A DNA stretch of 36,126 bases, taken from a virus (Duplodnaviria > Caudoviricetes). The notes beneath the pieces were generated by a model, which was not told where the DNA came from, did not search any database, and saw nothing but the letters and a program-made list of their open reading frames with translations. How positions within the stretch are numbered: the first letter of the stretch is position 1; each line of letters starts with the position of its first letter. Below are positions 28,519 to 35,897 of this stretch, in pieces. Made by a program: the position numbers and the translations under genes. Where the stretch lies: positions 1 to 36,126 of the IMG/VR virus record IMGVR_UViG_3300028197_000062. One strand, written 5' to 3'.

Positions 28519-29490
28519 TTAAAAGATCATACTTAAAAGCAATGATCTATTTTTGCTTATTAGTTCATCTCGAACGTTACTACTATTTACGTAAAATAGT
28601 CCTGTTTTACCTATACCTTGGGTTTTAGCATAAATCTTTAAACCATCTGTTGGTTGTGCTGGATCTACTGAACCGTCATCTGGGCTAGGTGTTGTTAAAA
28701 TTTGTAATTGATCATCAATAACAACTGAGCCTGTACCTGGTGCTGAAAGTCTTAAATCACTTCCAGAAGTTGTAGTACTAATTGTTGTTCCATCAATTCG
28801 TAAGTCGTGTAGTTCAGTTCTATTACTATAAAAGTTTACGTTATTATTTCCTTCAACTGTAATTGCCGCTACACTTGGTTGTGAAGAAGTTTCAAAGTCA
28901 GATACAACTACCTGTGTAAAACTTGCACTTCCATCTCTAATCTTTTGAAAGTCAGCACCCGCAACCTGGGCCGCAACCTGTACGTCAACATATTTTTTAT
29001 TTGGTATGTCATCATCATCTGTAACTTGATTTTCGTATTGGTTAGTTCCACTTACACTAATAACACCTGTTCCAGCATTAATTAAAAATAAGTCTCCACC
29101 ACCTGTTGCAATACTTCTAACTTCAAGTCCTACGTTACTGTTGTTAGCATCTCTTAGTTTAAATGCACCTGTTTTTATTGTGTTAGTAACTGGATCATTC
29201 CAACTTACGCTTTCATCAAAAACAATTTGTGTATCAACATAACTACCTCTGTCAATCTGCAGACCAGCAGTACCAAGTGTTACACCTGCACCCTGTTCTC
29301 CTGAGTTAACTTCGATGATGTTATCAGTAACAGCTAAATTAGTTGAATCAACAGTTGTTTGTGAACCTTTAACAACAAGGTTACCGGTCATATAAACTTG
29401 ACCAATCTGCGTACCGGTATCTAAAAAGATAGTACCCGCATCTTTAACTTTAATTCTGTAATCGCCGTCTGTTACTACATTCTTTGCCAT
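28519..29490 (-). CDS. Putative virion structural protein
   Basis: 323 aa with GNL.V.G..TTV.S..L.V.DNII..N...AG..IDRG, IPNKKYVD and I.GTTISTT.SG.DL.L...GTG.V fibre motifs. Confidence 0.65.
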   Translation of the reverse strand: MAKNVVTDGDYRIKVKDAGTIFLDTGTQIGQVYMTGNLVVKGSQTTVDSTNLAVTDNIIEVNSGEQGAGVTLGTAGLQIDRGSYVDTQIVFDESVSWNDPVTNTIKTGAFKLRDANNSNVGLEVRSIATGGGDLFLINAGTGVISVSGTNQYENQVTDDDDIPNKKYVDVQVAAQVAGADFQKIRDGSASFTQVVVSDFETSSQPSVAAITVEGNNNVNFYSNRTELHDLRIDGTTISTTTSGSDLRLSAPGTGSVVIDDQLQILTTPSPDDGSVDPAQPTDGLKIYAKTQGIGKTGLFYVNSSNVRDELISKNRSLLLSMIF

Positions 29491-29507
29491 TTAAAATCCC
29501 TTTGAAC

Positions 29508-29534
29508 TATTGTGGGGAACAAGTCCCCACAATA
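29508..29534 (-). other. Intergenic 11-bp stem-loop (transcript stabiliser, processing site or weak terminator)
   Basis: TATTGTGGGGA-ACAAG-TCCCCACAATA is a perfect inverted repeat. There is no U-tract on the coding strand. Confidence 0.55.
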
Positions 29535-29543
29535 TTAATTCAA

Positions 29544-30161
29544 TTACGATGCTTGTGCGTCAACTACAATGCCGCCGCTTTCAGCCGCCGCTTTAGTTGC
29601 CACTCCAGCACTACCGTATGCAGTAAAGCCTGAACTATCAACACCTGCTAATTCAAATGTGTTAGTTGCTTTGTTTGCCACTGTGTATGCAGTTTCAAGG
29701 TTAAGCTCAACCATTCCAACTACGCCACGGATAGATACTTTATCTCCGTTGCTGAAGCCGTGTCCAGTTGCTGTAATAACACATGGATCTGCCGCTGTTG
29801 CACCTGAAATAACTTTTTCAACTGCTGAACTTGTACCTGTAGCCGATCTAGCCCATTTGTGTCTAGATGTTCCTTCAAGTTGCATTTTTCTGTTGTACAT
29901 TTTTGTAATCTGTTTAGTAACACCGTCACTATCAGTTACGTTAATGCAAAATTCACTTGCACCTAATCCACCGATTGACTTATTCACTAGTGTACATACT
30001 TCACTTTTTGTTCCGTCTGTAACAGTAAATTTACTTCCTGATCTTTGATTCACAATGTGTGACTCAGTAGTAATTTCTCCACCTGCCGCGAATTTAACCG
30101 CAGTTACTTGGATTTTACCTGCTCCATCACCAATGTGTTTTTTATTAATTGGTCTTCCCAT
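29544..30161 (-). CDS. Putative head/virion-associated protein with a C-terminal E1-FCCH-like beta module; start reassigned to MGRPINKK
   Basis: An AAGGAGA RBS lies just upstream of the ATG at 30161; the longer 30209 start lies inside a structured leader. The C-terminal module reads ISGAT.A.P.VITA.GHG..NGD.V.I.GV.GM.ELN....V.....NTFEL. Confidence 0.7.
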   Translation of the reverse strand: MGRPINKKHIGDGAGKIQVTAVKFAAGGEITTESHIVNQRSGSKFTVTDGTKSEVCTLVNKSIGGLGASEFCINVTDSDGVTKQITKMYNRKMQLEGTSRHKWARSATGTSSAVEKVISGATAADPCVITATGHGFSNGDKVSIRGVVGMVELNLETAYTVANKATNTFELAGVDSSGFTAYGSAGVATKAAAESGGIVVDAQAS

Positions 30162-30245
30162 TTTGTTTCTCCTTTGACGTTCTAGGTCTACGCGGATGGT
30201 ATTCCGCATAAGTCCGCCGCTGTATGGCGACTCGCTCTATAGACA
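30162..30245 (-). promoter_or_regulatory. Structured 5' leader (three-way-junction candidate)
   Basis: An outer stem GTCT(A)/(T)AGAC encloses hairpins GAGTC-GCC..GGC-GACTT and ATGCGGA-ATACCA-TCCGCGT. It lies between a late promoter and the RBS. Confidence 0.5.
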
Positions 30246-30248
30246 CAA

Positions 30249-30257
30249 GTATTTATC
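30249..30257 (-). promoter_or_regulatory. T4-like late promoter GATAAATAC
   Basis: Upstream of the structured leader and 29544..30161. Confidence 0.7.
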
Positions 30258-30284
30258 AAAGTTTTTGGAATGGGGAAAGAAAGT

Positions 30285-30501
30285 ATAAGCAAAATAGGTA
30301 GGACTTGGGTACACCTACAAGCACGGACCGAAATACCATTTCTAAACCGTACAACCAATCCCCGCGGGTTAGTGCGATGTGACTCAGCGTATTTCTACTA
30401 CCAAGCCTGGGTACCACCCCTGGACTGTCCAGTTCGACTCTTTTGGTAGGAGCCTCTTCCTGGCACTATAATTAGTAAGTAATTAGTTTACTAATGCTTA
30501 T
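30285..30501 (-). ncRNA. Structured non-coding RNA of about 217 nt (family unassigned; manA-like motif should be tested)
   Basis: It has its own sigma70-type promoter, and the ends pair (5' ATAAGCA / 3' TGCTTAT). It is a GC-rich island with several stems (CCAG/CTGG, GGCTC/GAGTC, GGCTTGGT/GCTGAGTC with a GAAA loop, GTACGG/CCGTGC, GTAGG/CCTAC). No ORF of 60 aa or more is present. Confidence 0.7.
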
Positions 30502-30507
30502 GTTACT

Positions 30508-30536
30508 AATATAGCAAACTTCTTATGAAAAGTCAA
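30508..30536 (-). promoter_or_regulatory. Sigma70-type (host RNAP/early) promoter
   Basis: TTGACT, 17-bp spacer, TATATT. The predicted +1 near 30501 coincides with the first base of the terminal stem of the RNA. Confidence 0.75.
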
Positions 30537-30555
30537 TAAGAAGGTTTACCAAAAT

Positions 30556-30747
30556 CTAGTTATTTTCATGATTAATCGATATATGCTTTAAAACTTTACC
30601 TTTACTTGGTCCAGTTGTAACAGTATATCCAGATGTACCATTTCCATTCACGTTGACTTCAGAACGAGTTCTCATAAGGATTTTCTCCTTGCGTTCTCTC
30701 ATTTTTTGCTCACGGTATGATTTAAGTAGGTAATCGTATCTGTTCAT
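30556..30747 (-). CDS. Small basic protein under a glutamine riboswitch; candidate glutamine synthetase inactivating factor (IF7/IF17)-like
   Basis: 63 aa with a strong AAGGAGAG RBS. R19-KEKILM-R26-TRS-E30-V matches the recalled IF7 core R-QQSMLS-R-AAA-E-I. Confidence 0.6.
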   Translation of the reverse strand: MNRYDYLLKSYREQKMRERKEKILMRTRSEVNVNGNGTSGYTVTTGPSKGKVLKHISINHENN

Positions 30748-30771
30748 TACACTCTCCTTTTTACAGTTAAG

Positions 30772-30821
30772 TGCGTTCCTTCGGCATAGTTGCTTACTTC
30801 CGGCCTATATCGGCTGAACGT
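30772..30821 (-). promoter_or_regulatory. Glutamine riboswitch (glnA motif, glutamine-I class)
   Basis: The minus strand reads ACGTTCA-GCC-GATATA-GGC-CGGAAGTAA-GCA-ACTA-TGC-CGAAGGAACGCA. This gives P1 CGTTC/GAACG, a P2 hairpin, and P3 with the GGAAGTA...CGAAG E-loop, matching the glnA consensus. Confidence 0.85.
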
Positions 30822-30828
30822 TGTACAA

Positions 30829-30836
30829 TTATTTAG
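30829..30836 (-). promoter_or_regulatory. Late promoter variant CTAAATAA driving the riboswitch/small ORF
   Basis: Immediately after the capsid terminator and about 8 nt before the riboswitch. Confidence 0.55.
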
Positions 30837-30838
30837 TC

Positions 30839-30868
30839 AAAAAGAAAGGCCCCGGAGGGCCTTTCTAA
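30839..30868 (-). terminator. Rho-independent terminator after the major capsid gene
   Basis: Minus strand AGAAAGGCCC-TCCG-GGGCCTTTCT followed by TTTT. Confidence 0.85.
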
Positions 30869-30906
30869 AGTTGCTGTACATTAAGTACTTAGACTAATAT
30901 TATATA

Positions 30907-32073
30907 TTAGCTAAATGTTACGTTCGCAATAGTAACTGTACCCAAGTAGTCTGCCGCATTACCTAGAGACGATGCTGTGTTGTTTAACTCAACATATCCG
31001 TATCTAGTCATAAAGCTAACTACTGGCTCAAAAGTACCTGGATCCAACACAACGCCACTGCTCATTAATGGAATGTATGGGCAATAGAACGCTGGTGCGT
31101 CTGATTCAGATGATCCTTTGTAACCTACTAGTACTGCTGTAGTGTCTTGTGCGTATGAGTCAACATACACTTTCATAGCACTATTCAAAGTTCCAACCAT
31201 CTTAGTGTTAGTTGGTGCTTCAAAAGTCCCTTCAGTTGTTCTTGCAAACGCTGAAGTTGTAGCAGATTGTAGTATAGTTAATGCGTGTGGTGAAACCACA
31301 GCATAGTTACCAGCACCACGACGTGTACGTTGTGCGATATTGTTTGCAACACGGTTGATCATCACAGCCAAAGCCGCGTGTTCATCACCTACGAATGTTG
31401 CAGTACCGCTTACAGCGTTCTGGTCGTATGCTTGTTGGTTTTGCGTACCAGCTAGGTTTCTCAAAGAAGCTAATACTTCTTGATCAATCTCAGCAGTAAT
31501 TTCTTGGGCTAATGCCGCCATAATTTCTGCTTCAATATCAATACCTTGCTGTGCTTGAGCATCTTGTGCCGCTTCAAAAGTCCATCTAGCTGATAGCTTT
31601 CTAGTTTTTGCTTCGACAGTTTGTTTCAAGATCTGGATAGACATTCTCTTTCCAGCACTACCTTCTAGACTAGCTGTTGCTGATCCTTTAGGTGTTGCAT
31701 CAGTGGCGTTACCTGAGTAAGCCGCCGCGATCTTAAATGGTGATAATGCTTCTTCACCAACTTCGTTACCATCTGACGAATCAGCGTAACGTACTCTTAA
31801 TGTGTGGATTTGACCCACTGGACCTGTCATTGGCTGTACACCGACTAATTCATTAGCGATAACAGTTGGCATGACACGTCTGATTACTGGTAGAATAACT
31901 CTATTTAGAGTTGCAACATTACCGGCGCTTGTAGAACCAGCTGTAGCAGTCTCATTTAACCACTTGCGTGTGTTTTCTAGAGTACTTGCCATTACAGCCT
32001 TTTTATTGCCGTTAAGGCCTTCTAAAAGTGCAGTTTTGGTATCCTGCCAGCGACTTTCTAGTAGTTGTGACAT
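30907..32073 (-). CDS. gp23: Major capsid protein, T4 gp23 family (short, 388 aa)
   Basis: RRVMP.VIA.E.VGVQPMTGPVGQI..LR..Y, V.AKTRKL.A.WT.EAAQD.....GID.E.E....LA.EI..EIDQE, G.KGSSE.DA..FYCPY.PL and DP.TF.P...FMTRYG. Confidence 0.95.
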   Translation of the reverse strand: MSQLLESRWQDTKTALLEGLNGNKKAVMASTLENTRKWLNETATAGSTSAGNVATLNRVILPVIRRVMPTVIANELVGVQPMTGPVGQIHTLRVRYADSSDGNEVGEEALSPFKIAAAYSGNATDATPKGSATASLEGSAGKRMSIQILKQTVEAKTRKLSARWTFEAAQDAQAQQGIDIEAEIMAALAQEITAEIDQEVLASLRNLAGTQNQQAYDQNAVSGTATFVGDEHAALAVMINRVANNIAQRTRRGAGNYAVVSPHALTILQSATTSAFARTTEGTFEAPTNTKMVGTLNSAMKVYVDSYAQDTTAVLVGYKGSSESDAPAFYCPYIPLMSSGVVLDPGTFEPVVSFMTRYGYVELNNTASSLGNAADYLGTVTIANVTFS

Positions 32074-32083
32074 TGTTTTCTCC

Positions 32084-33190
32084 TTATTTCAATCCCGCAA
32101 GTCGTCTAATGTCTACAATATTATTTGTAGAAGCATCATCGCTTACGCTACTAACGTTAGATTTCTTATTGCCTGTGATTGCTGTTGCCTCTGACTCTGT
32201 GAGTCTTGCCTTCTTCTTCGCTGGAGTTTTACCGTCTATTACCGCCGGAATGTACTTATCAAACGAACCTTTAAGTTTGTCTGTAGCCACATTTTCCAGT
32301 AAGTCTACCATAATTTCACGCTGATCCTTGCTCAAAGGTCCAGTTAATTCGTGCATTACTTCTTTACGTTTAGCCGCATCTGAGATTTTAGCAATCTCTG
32401 AGTCTTTACTCTCGACTATTTTCTTAACTTCATCAGCTTCAACTTTTGCTTCTTCAATTGCTTTGTCTTTCAACGCAACAACTTTCATTAGCTTAGATGT
32501 TTCTGATTTTTCATTCAAGTAACTATTTGCATATTCACCTGCGAAAGTTTCGAAAATCTTGCGACCAAAATCATTTCTACGTGCTGAATCAATATCTTCT
32601 TTAAGTTGAGTAATTTCACTCGAAAGTTTTTTACTAACTCCTTCGGATACGATCTTTGCACTTTTCTCAACAAATGACTTACGTACTTTTGTTAAGTGAG
32701 CCTTAGCTTCACGTACAAGTTTTACCTTGGTTTCAGCTAAGTCTTTTTTGTCTTCGTGGAACTCTGCGATTTCTTTAGCTAGAGCTTCTACAACAAATTC
32801 CTCAAGTTTGCCAAATTTAGTTGACATTACTTTTTGGTCTTCATGTAGTTCACCCACTTCCTTCTTAAGCTGATCAAATACAAAACCTTTTAACAGACCT
32901 GCGTTTTCACGCATAGCTACAGCATACTTGGCTCTAGCTTCTGCTAACTGTTTTCTATCTTCAGCAAATTCAGAAATTTCTTCGTTAAGTTTTTCAGTTA
33001 CCATAGTATCAATTGCTTCAACCATAGTAGCCTTATCATGTTCGTATTTCTTAGCGAACTCTTCTCGAAGTTCAGCAGTGACAGTAAGTTTGTTTTCACT
33101 AACTTGCGTATCCCATGCTTCTTGGATGTCTGCTCTGATTTCTTCAGAAATTGCATTGTTTTCAAAAAGTGATTTCAGTGCTTCCAACAT
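32084..33190 (-). CDS. Prohead core scaffold protein (gp22-like)
   Basis: A Glu/Lys-rich coiled-coil of 368 aa between the protease and the capsid gene, the canonical T4 position. Confidence 0.75.
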   Translation of the reverse strand: MLEALKSLFENNAISEEIRADIQEAWDTQVSENKLTVTAELREEFAKKYEHDKATMVEAIDTMVTEKLNEEISEFAEDRKQLAEARAKYAVAMRENAGLLKGFVFDQLKKEVGELHEDQKVMSTKFGKLEEFVVEALAKEIAEFHEDKKDLAETKVKLVREAKAHLTKVRKSFVEKSAKIVSEGVSKKLSSEITQLKEDIDSARRNDFGRKIFETFAGEYANSYLNEKSETSKLMKVVALKDKAIEEAKVEADEVKKIVESKDSEIAKISDAAKRKEVMHELTGPLSKDQREIMVDLLENVATDKLKGSFDKYIPAVIDGKTPAKKKARLTESEATAITGNKKSNVSSVSDDASTNNIVDIRRLAGLK

Positions 33191-33203
33191 TATTTTCTCC
33201 TTA

Positions 33204-33836
33204 TTACTGGAGGCCTTTGATGATATTCATCAAAGATTCCTTCAAATACTTCTGCGCCTTTGTGTCGCCTTGTAGTTCTCGTGCTATTTCCATTGCCTTG
33301 TACCCCCCACGGGCATTTAATAAATGCTCGTATATTGGTGTCGGGTAGGCACCTGGAGCACTGGGTTGAGCAACTACGTCGACTGTTATAATCTCATAAT
33401 CGCTTACTTGACCGCTACCGTCTTCCATGACGTTACCGGAACCACGTGATGAAACACCTAGCTTAACTCCGCTTTCCAGCATTGTTTGTACTAGTTGTCC
33501 CATCGGCGTGGGTAATACTTTAAGTTTCCCATAACCGTTTGGTCCATCCATCCACATTTCTGTGATCATATGGCTTACACGGTCTAAATTAATATTAAGT
33601 CCTTCTGGGTGATCAACTTCTCCGAGAACACTATATCCTCCCGTAATTTGATCGTTAAGAGTGTTGACAGCCCTACTGATCTCAGTAACAGGGTAAACTC
33701 GCTGGTTAGCGTTTTTCACACCGCCTTGGATACAAATTCCCTTTAAGAAAAGGTCTTTTCCACCCTTGTCGTTTTCAGTAGTCTCAACGACCATCTTAGC
33801 TTGGTCGAATGTCAGGTTCTCTCTTAAGTTTAACAC
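33204..33836 (-). CDS. gp21: Prohead core protease (gp21-like), GTG start
   Basis: GI.IQ..VKN.NQRVYP, LGEVDHP (catalytic His), INLDRVSH.I, G..K.LPTP.G, GVSSRGSG (catalytic Ser) and D.VA.PSAP.AY. Confidence 0.92.
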   Translation of the reverse strand: MLNLRENLTFDQAKMVVETTENDKGGKDLFLKGICIQGGVKNANQRVYPVTEISRAVNTLNDQITGGYSVLGEVDHPEGLNINLDRVSHMITEMWMDGPNGYGKLKVLPTPMGQLVQTMLESGVKLGVSSRGSGNVMEDGSGQVSDYEIITVDVVAQPSAPGAYPTPIYEHLLNARGGYKAMEIARELQGDTKAQKYLKESLMNIIKGLQ

Positions 33837-33858
33837 CTAGTTCTCCTTAAATTAACTA

Positions 33859-34881
33859 TTAGCTACCAATGATACTCTTATCATCAGCCGCTTGTTCGCC
33901 TGCGCCTTTTTTCTCAGCACCATGGCCTTTTGAGTCTTTCGACATTGACTTAGAAGCTTTTCCACCTGGAACATTTACGTTCCCCATGTTATCTTCTTTA
34001 GTAGTATTACCAGCTAATCCGCCAGCAGTACCTTTGTTACTACCTTCACCACCTTTGGCAATGTTAGCAGTAGTTCCGCCCATGTCGTTTTTACCAGCTA
34101 CTGGAGATTTAGTGTTATCGCCGTTGTCACCCATTTTAGCTGACACTTTTGTAACATATTCTCTCATTAGCTCTGTGCTTGATTGTACTGGTTTATCAGC
34201 ACTTTCAAATGCACTTGGTTGCTCAAGTTCGGATTCAGGAGCAAAATTCATTGCTTCGTCTTCCTTCTCTTCATCACCTTCGTCGTCTCCAGCGTCCATG
34301 TCCATTCCCATGTCATCTTCGCCTTTGTCTTCGTCACCTTCTTTGTCACCCATCATAGTGTCAAATTCAGCTTTAAGATCATCAAGAGCATCTTCAAGGT
34401 CAACAACTCTGTCTTCTATGTCTTCGTCGTCACCTTTATCTTCTCCACCTTCTTCGTCGCCATCAGCTTCGATATCAGCAATCATGTCATCAGCGGCATC
34501 GCCACCCATGTCATCTTCGCCTTCTGGTGTAATTTGATCTACAAAGTTTTCTTCTACTTCTTCGTCTTTTGCTTCGTCTACTTCTTCGTCCTTAGCTTCA
34601 TCTACAGCTTCGTCTTCGTCAGTAGCTTCGTCAACTTCTTCGTCAGTAGCTTCGTCAACTTTGTCTTCTTCTTTATCTTCGTCTTTTGAAGCTTCATCTA
34701 CTTCTTCATCTGATTTAGCAGTTTCATCAACTTCTACTTCAGCTGTGTCAGTTTCAAGTAAGTCTTCGTAAATTGTGCGTGATTTCTCAACAACTATTTC
34801 GTGAAACAGTTCTTCAGCTCCCGCTTTGTCTTCAGCGATTAACTTTTCAAGCATCGCTTCAAATTTAGATTGATTTGCCAT
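33859..34881 (-). CDS. Highly acidic prohead core/internal protein; start reassigned to MANQSK
   Basis: An AGGAGAG RBS precedes the ATG at 34881. It has Asp/Glu-rich tandem repeats (EEVDEA[T/K]D) and lies upstream of the protease. Confidence 0.7.
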   Translation of the reverse strand: MANQSKFEAMLEKLIAEDKAGAEELFHEIVVEKSRTIYEDLLETDTAEVEVDETAKSDEEVDEASKDEDKEEDKVDEATDEEVDEATDEDEAVDEAKDEEVDEAKDEEVEENFVDQITPEGEDDMGGDAADDMIADIEADGDEEGGEDKGDDEDIEDRVVDLEDALDDLKAEFDTMMGDKEGDEDKGEDDMGMDMDAGDDEGDEEKEDEAMNFAPESELEQPSAFESADKPVQSSTELMREYVTKVSAKMGDNGDNTKSPVAGKNDMGGTTANIAKGGEGSNKGTAGGLAGNTTKEDNMGNVNVPGGKASKSMSKDSKGHGAEKKGAGEQAADDKSIIGS

Positions 34882-34922
34882 TTTTTCTCTCCTATTGTTT
34901 AGATATGGTAAGGCTGTCAATT

Positions 34923-34931
34923 GTATTTATG
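34923..34931 (-). promoter_or_regulatory. T4-like late promoter CATAAATAC
   Basis: Upstream of the acidic core gene. Confidence 0.65.
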
Positions 34932-34987
34932 GTTAATAGGGAAAAGTACGTAGATATCGGCTAAAATACGCCGGTTTTACATTAAGA

Positions 34988-35620
34988 TTACAAAATCTTA
35001 AAGTTTTGCTTGAATTCAGCTACTGTAACCTGATTAAAGTTGGTCAGTTGCAGTAGGTTGTTAGGACAATAATCTTCTTTGTCTGTTACTACTCTTATAT
35101 ATCTCTTTTGAGGATTTTTCTGAATCACTATACCAGTTTGTCTGGCCCAGTTACCGTGGTATGTAGCAGGGTCTGAAGATTTTTTGTAATTTTCTGTATC
35201 TGCATACAGGTTATTAATACGTCCACCTTCTCCTTTTACGTTATCAGAGTCAGTACCTTTGAAATCAAAGCCTAGTATGTAGATAGTGTCGTGTTGATGT
35301 GATTGTGGATTCTTTTTGTCGCCATACGTAGATAACCATAATGCTGTTGGTCCGCTACTCCAACCCTGAGGTTCCACAAAGTAATTAAATTTAAGAAAGG
35401 AATCATATAGCTTATTAGGATTAGTCCATACTTCATTGTTCCATTGCCACTTATGTCTGTTGATTTCAGTAATCATCTTGCTATCAACAGCTATTAAGTA
35501 GTCAGGAGTAAAGTGTCTATACACCGCATTACAGGCATATATCTTACCGTGCTCTTTTAAGCTATCTAATGAAATAGGTGATCTTGATTTTCCGTTACCT
35601 ATTATAAAGGCTGTGGACAT
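34988..35620 (-). CDS. DUF115/MptE-like, GT42-sialyltransferase-like Rossmann protein
   Basis: AFIIGNG.SR, YACNA.YR...PDYL.AVD, GWSSGPTAL and IYILGFD...N.Y motifs. Confidence 0.55.
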   Translation of the reverse strand: MSTAFIIGNGKSRSPISLDSLKEHGKIYACNAVYRHFTPDYLIAVDSKMITEINRHKWQWNNEVWTNPNKLYDSFLKFNYFVEPQGWSSGPTALWLSTYGDKKNPQSHQHDTIYILGFDFKGTDSDNVKGEGGRINNLYADTENYKKSSDPATYHGNWARQTGIVIQKNPQKRYIRVVTDKEDYCPNNLLQLTNFNQVTVAEFKQNFKIL

Positions 35621-35638
35621 TTAATTCCTCGTAAAGTT

Positions 35639-35884
35639 CTATACTGCTTGTTCGGCGTTTGCGGCCAAGCCATACATTTGTCTAACAAAGTGCAATTCTT
35701 TTTCTTGCTCTTCTTTATGTAGTTCAGATGCTTTACGGATTTTGTTAATTTGGCGTAATGATAATCTAGTCTTACGAGTATCGTCTTTTGAAATGATTGA
35801 ATCATCAAAACTTGGATCGTAGCCTTTATCTTCAACAGGCTCTAAAGTTTCTTTATCAAAATAAAATAGTTCACGTAGTATCAT
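35639..35884 (-). CDS. Small head-region hypothetical protein
   Basis: 81 aa (DTRKTRLSLRQINKIRK...VRQMYG), directly after the putative portal gene. Confidence 0.7.
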   Translation of the reverse strand: MILRELFYFDKETLEPVEDKGYDPSFDDSIISKDDTRKTRLSLRQINKIRKASELHKEEQEKELHFVRQMYGLAANAEQAV

Positions 35885-35888
35885 ATTA

Positions 35889-35897
35889 GTATTTATG
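35889..35897 (-). promoter_or_regulatory. T4-like late promoter CATAAATAC overlapping the stop codon of the putative portal gene
   Basis: Upstream of 35639..35884; the resulting leader would be very short or absent. Confidence 0.55.

Noticed and set aside
30162-30209. N-terminal extensions of the ORF-track calls 29544..30209 and 33859..34920
   Set aside because: Strong Shine-Dalgarno sequences precede the downstream ATGs at 30161 and 34881, so the extensions are probably untranslated leaders.
30285-30501. tRNA, tmRNA or RNase P identity for the structured RNA (contains gttcga on the plus strand)
   Set aside because: I could not build a cloverleaf, and found no CCA end, tag reading frame or RNase P P4 signature. 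The promoter points to the minus strand.
355-34689. Numerous plus-strand ORFs (e.g. 355..678, 15428..15835, 29569..30048, 33869..34537) and short alternative-frame minus-strand ORFs
   Set aside because: They lie within or almost entirely overlap long, well-supported minus-strand genes and show no recognisable motifs. They are shadows of codon bias.
34540-34730. Tandem DNA repeats (gcttcgtc..cttcttcgtc) that could suggest a CRISPR array or VNTR
   Set aside because: They are in-frame codon repeats encoding EEVDEA[T/K]D, with no unique spacers and no cas genes.
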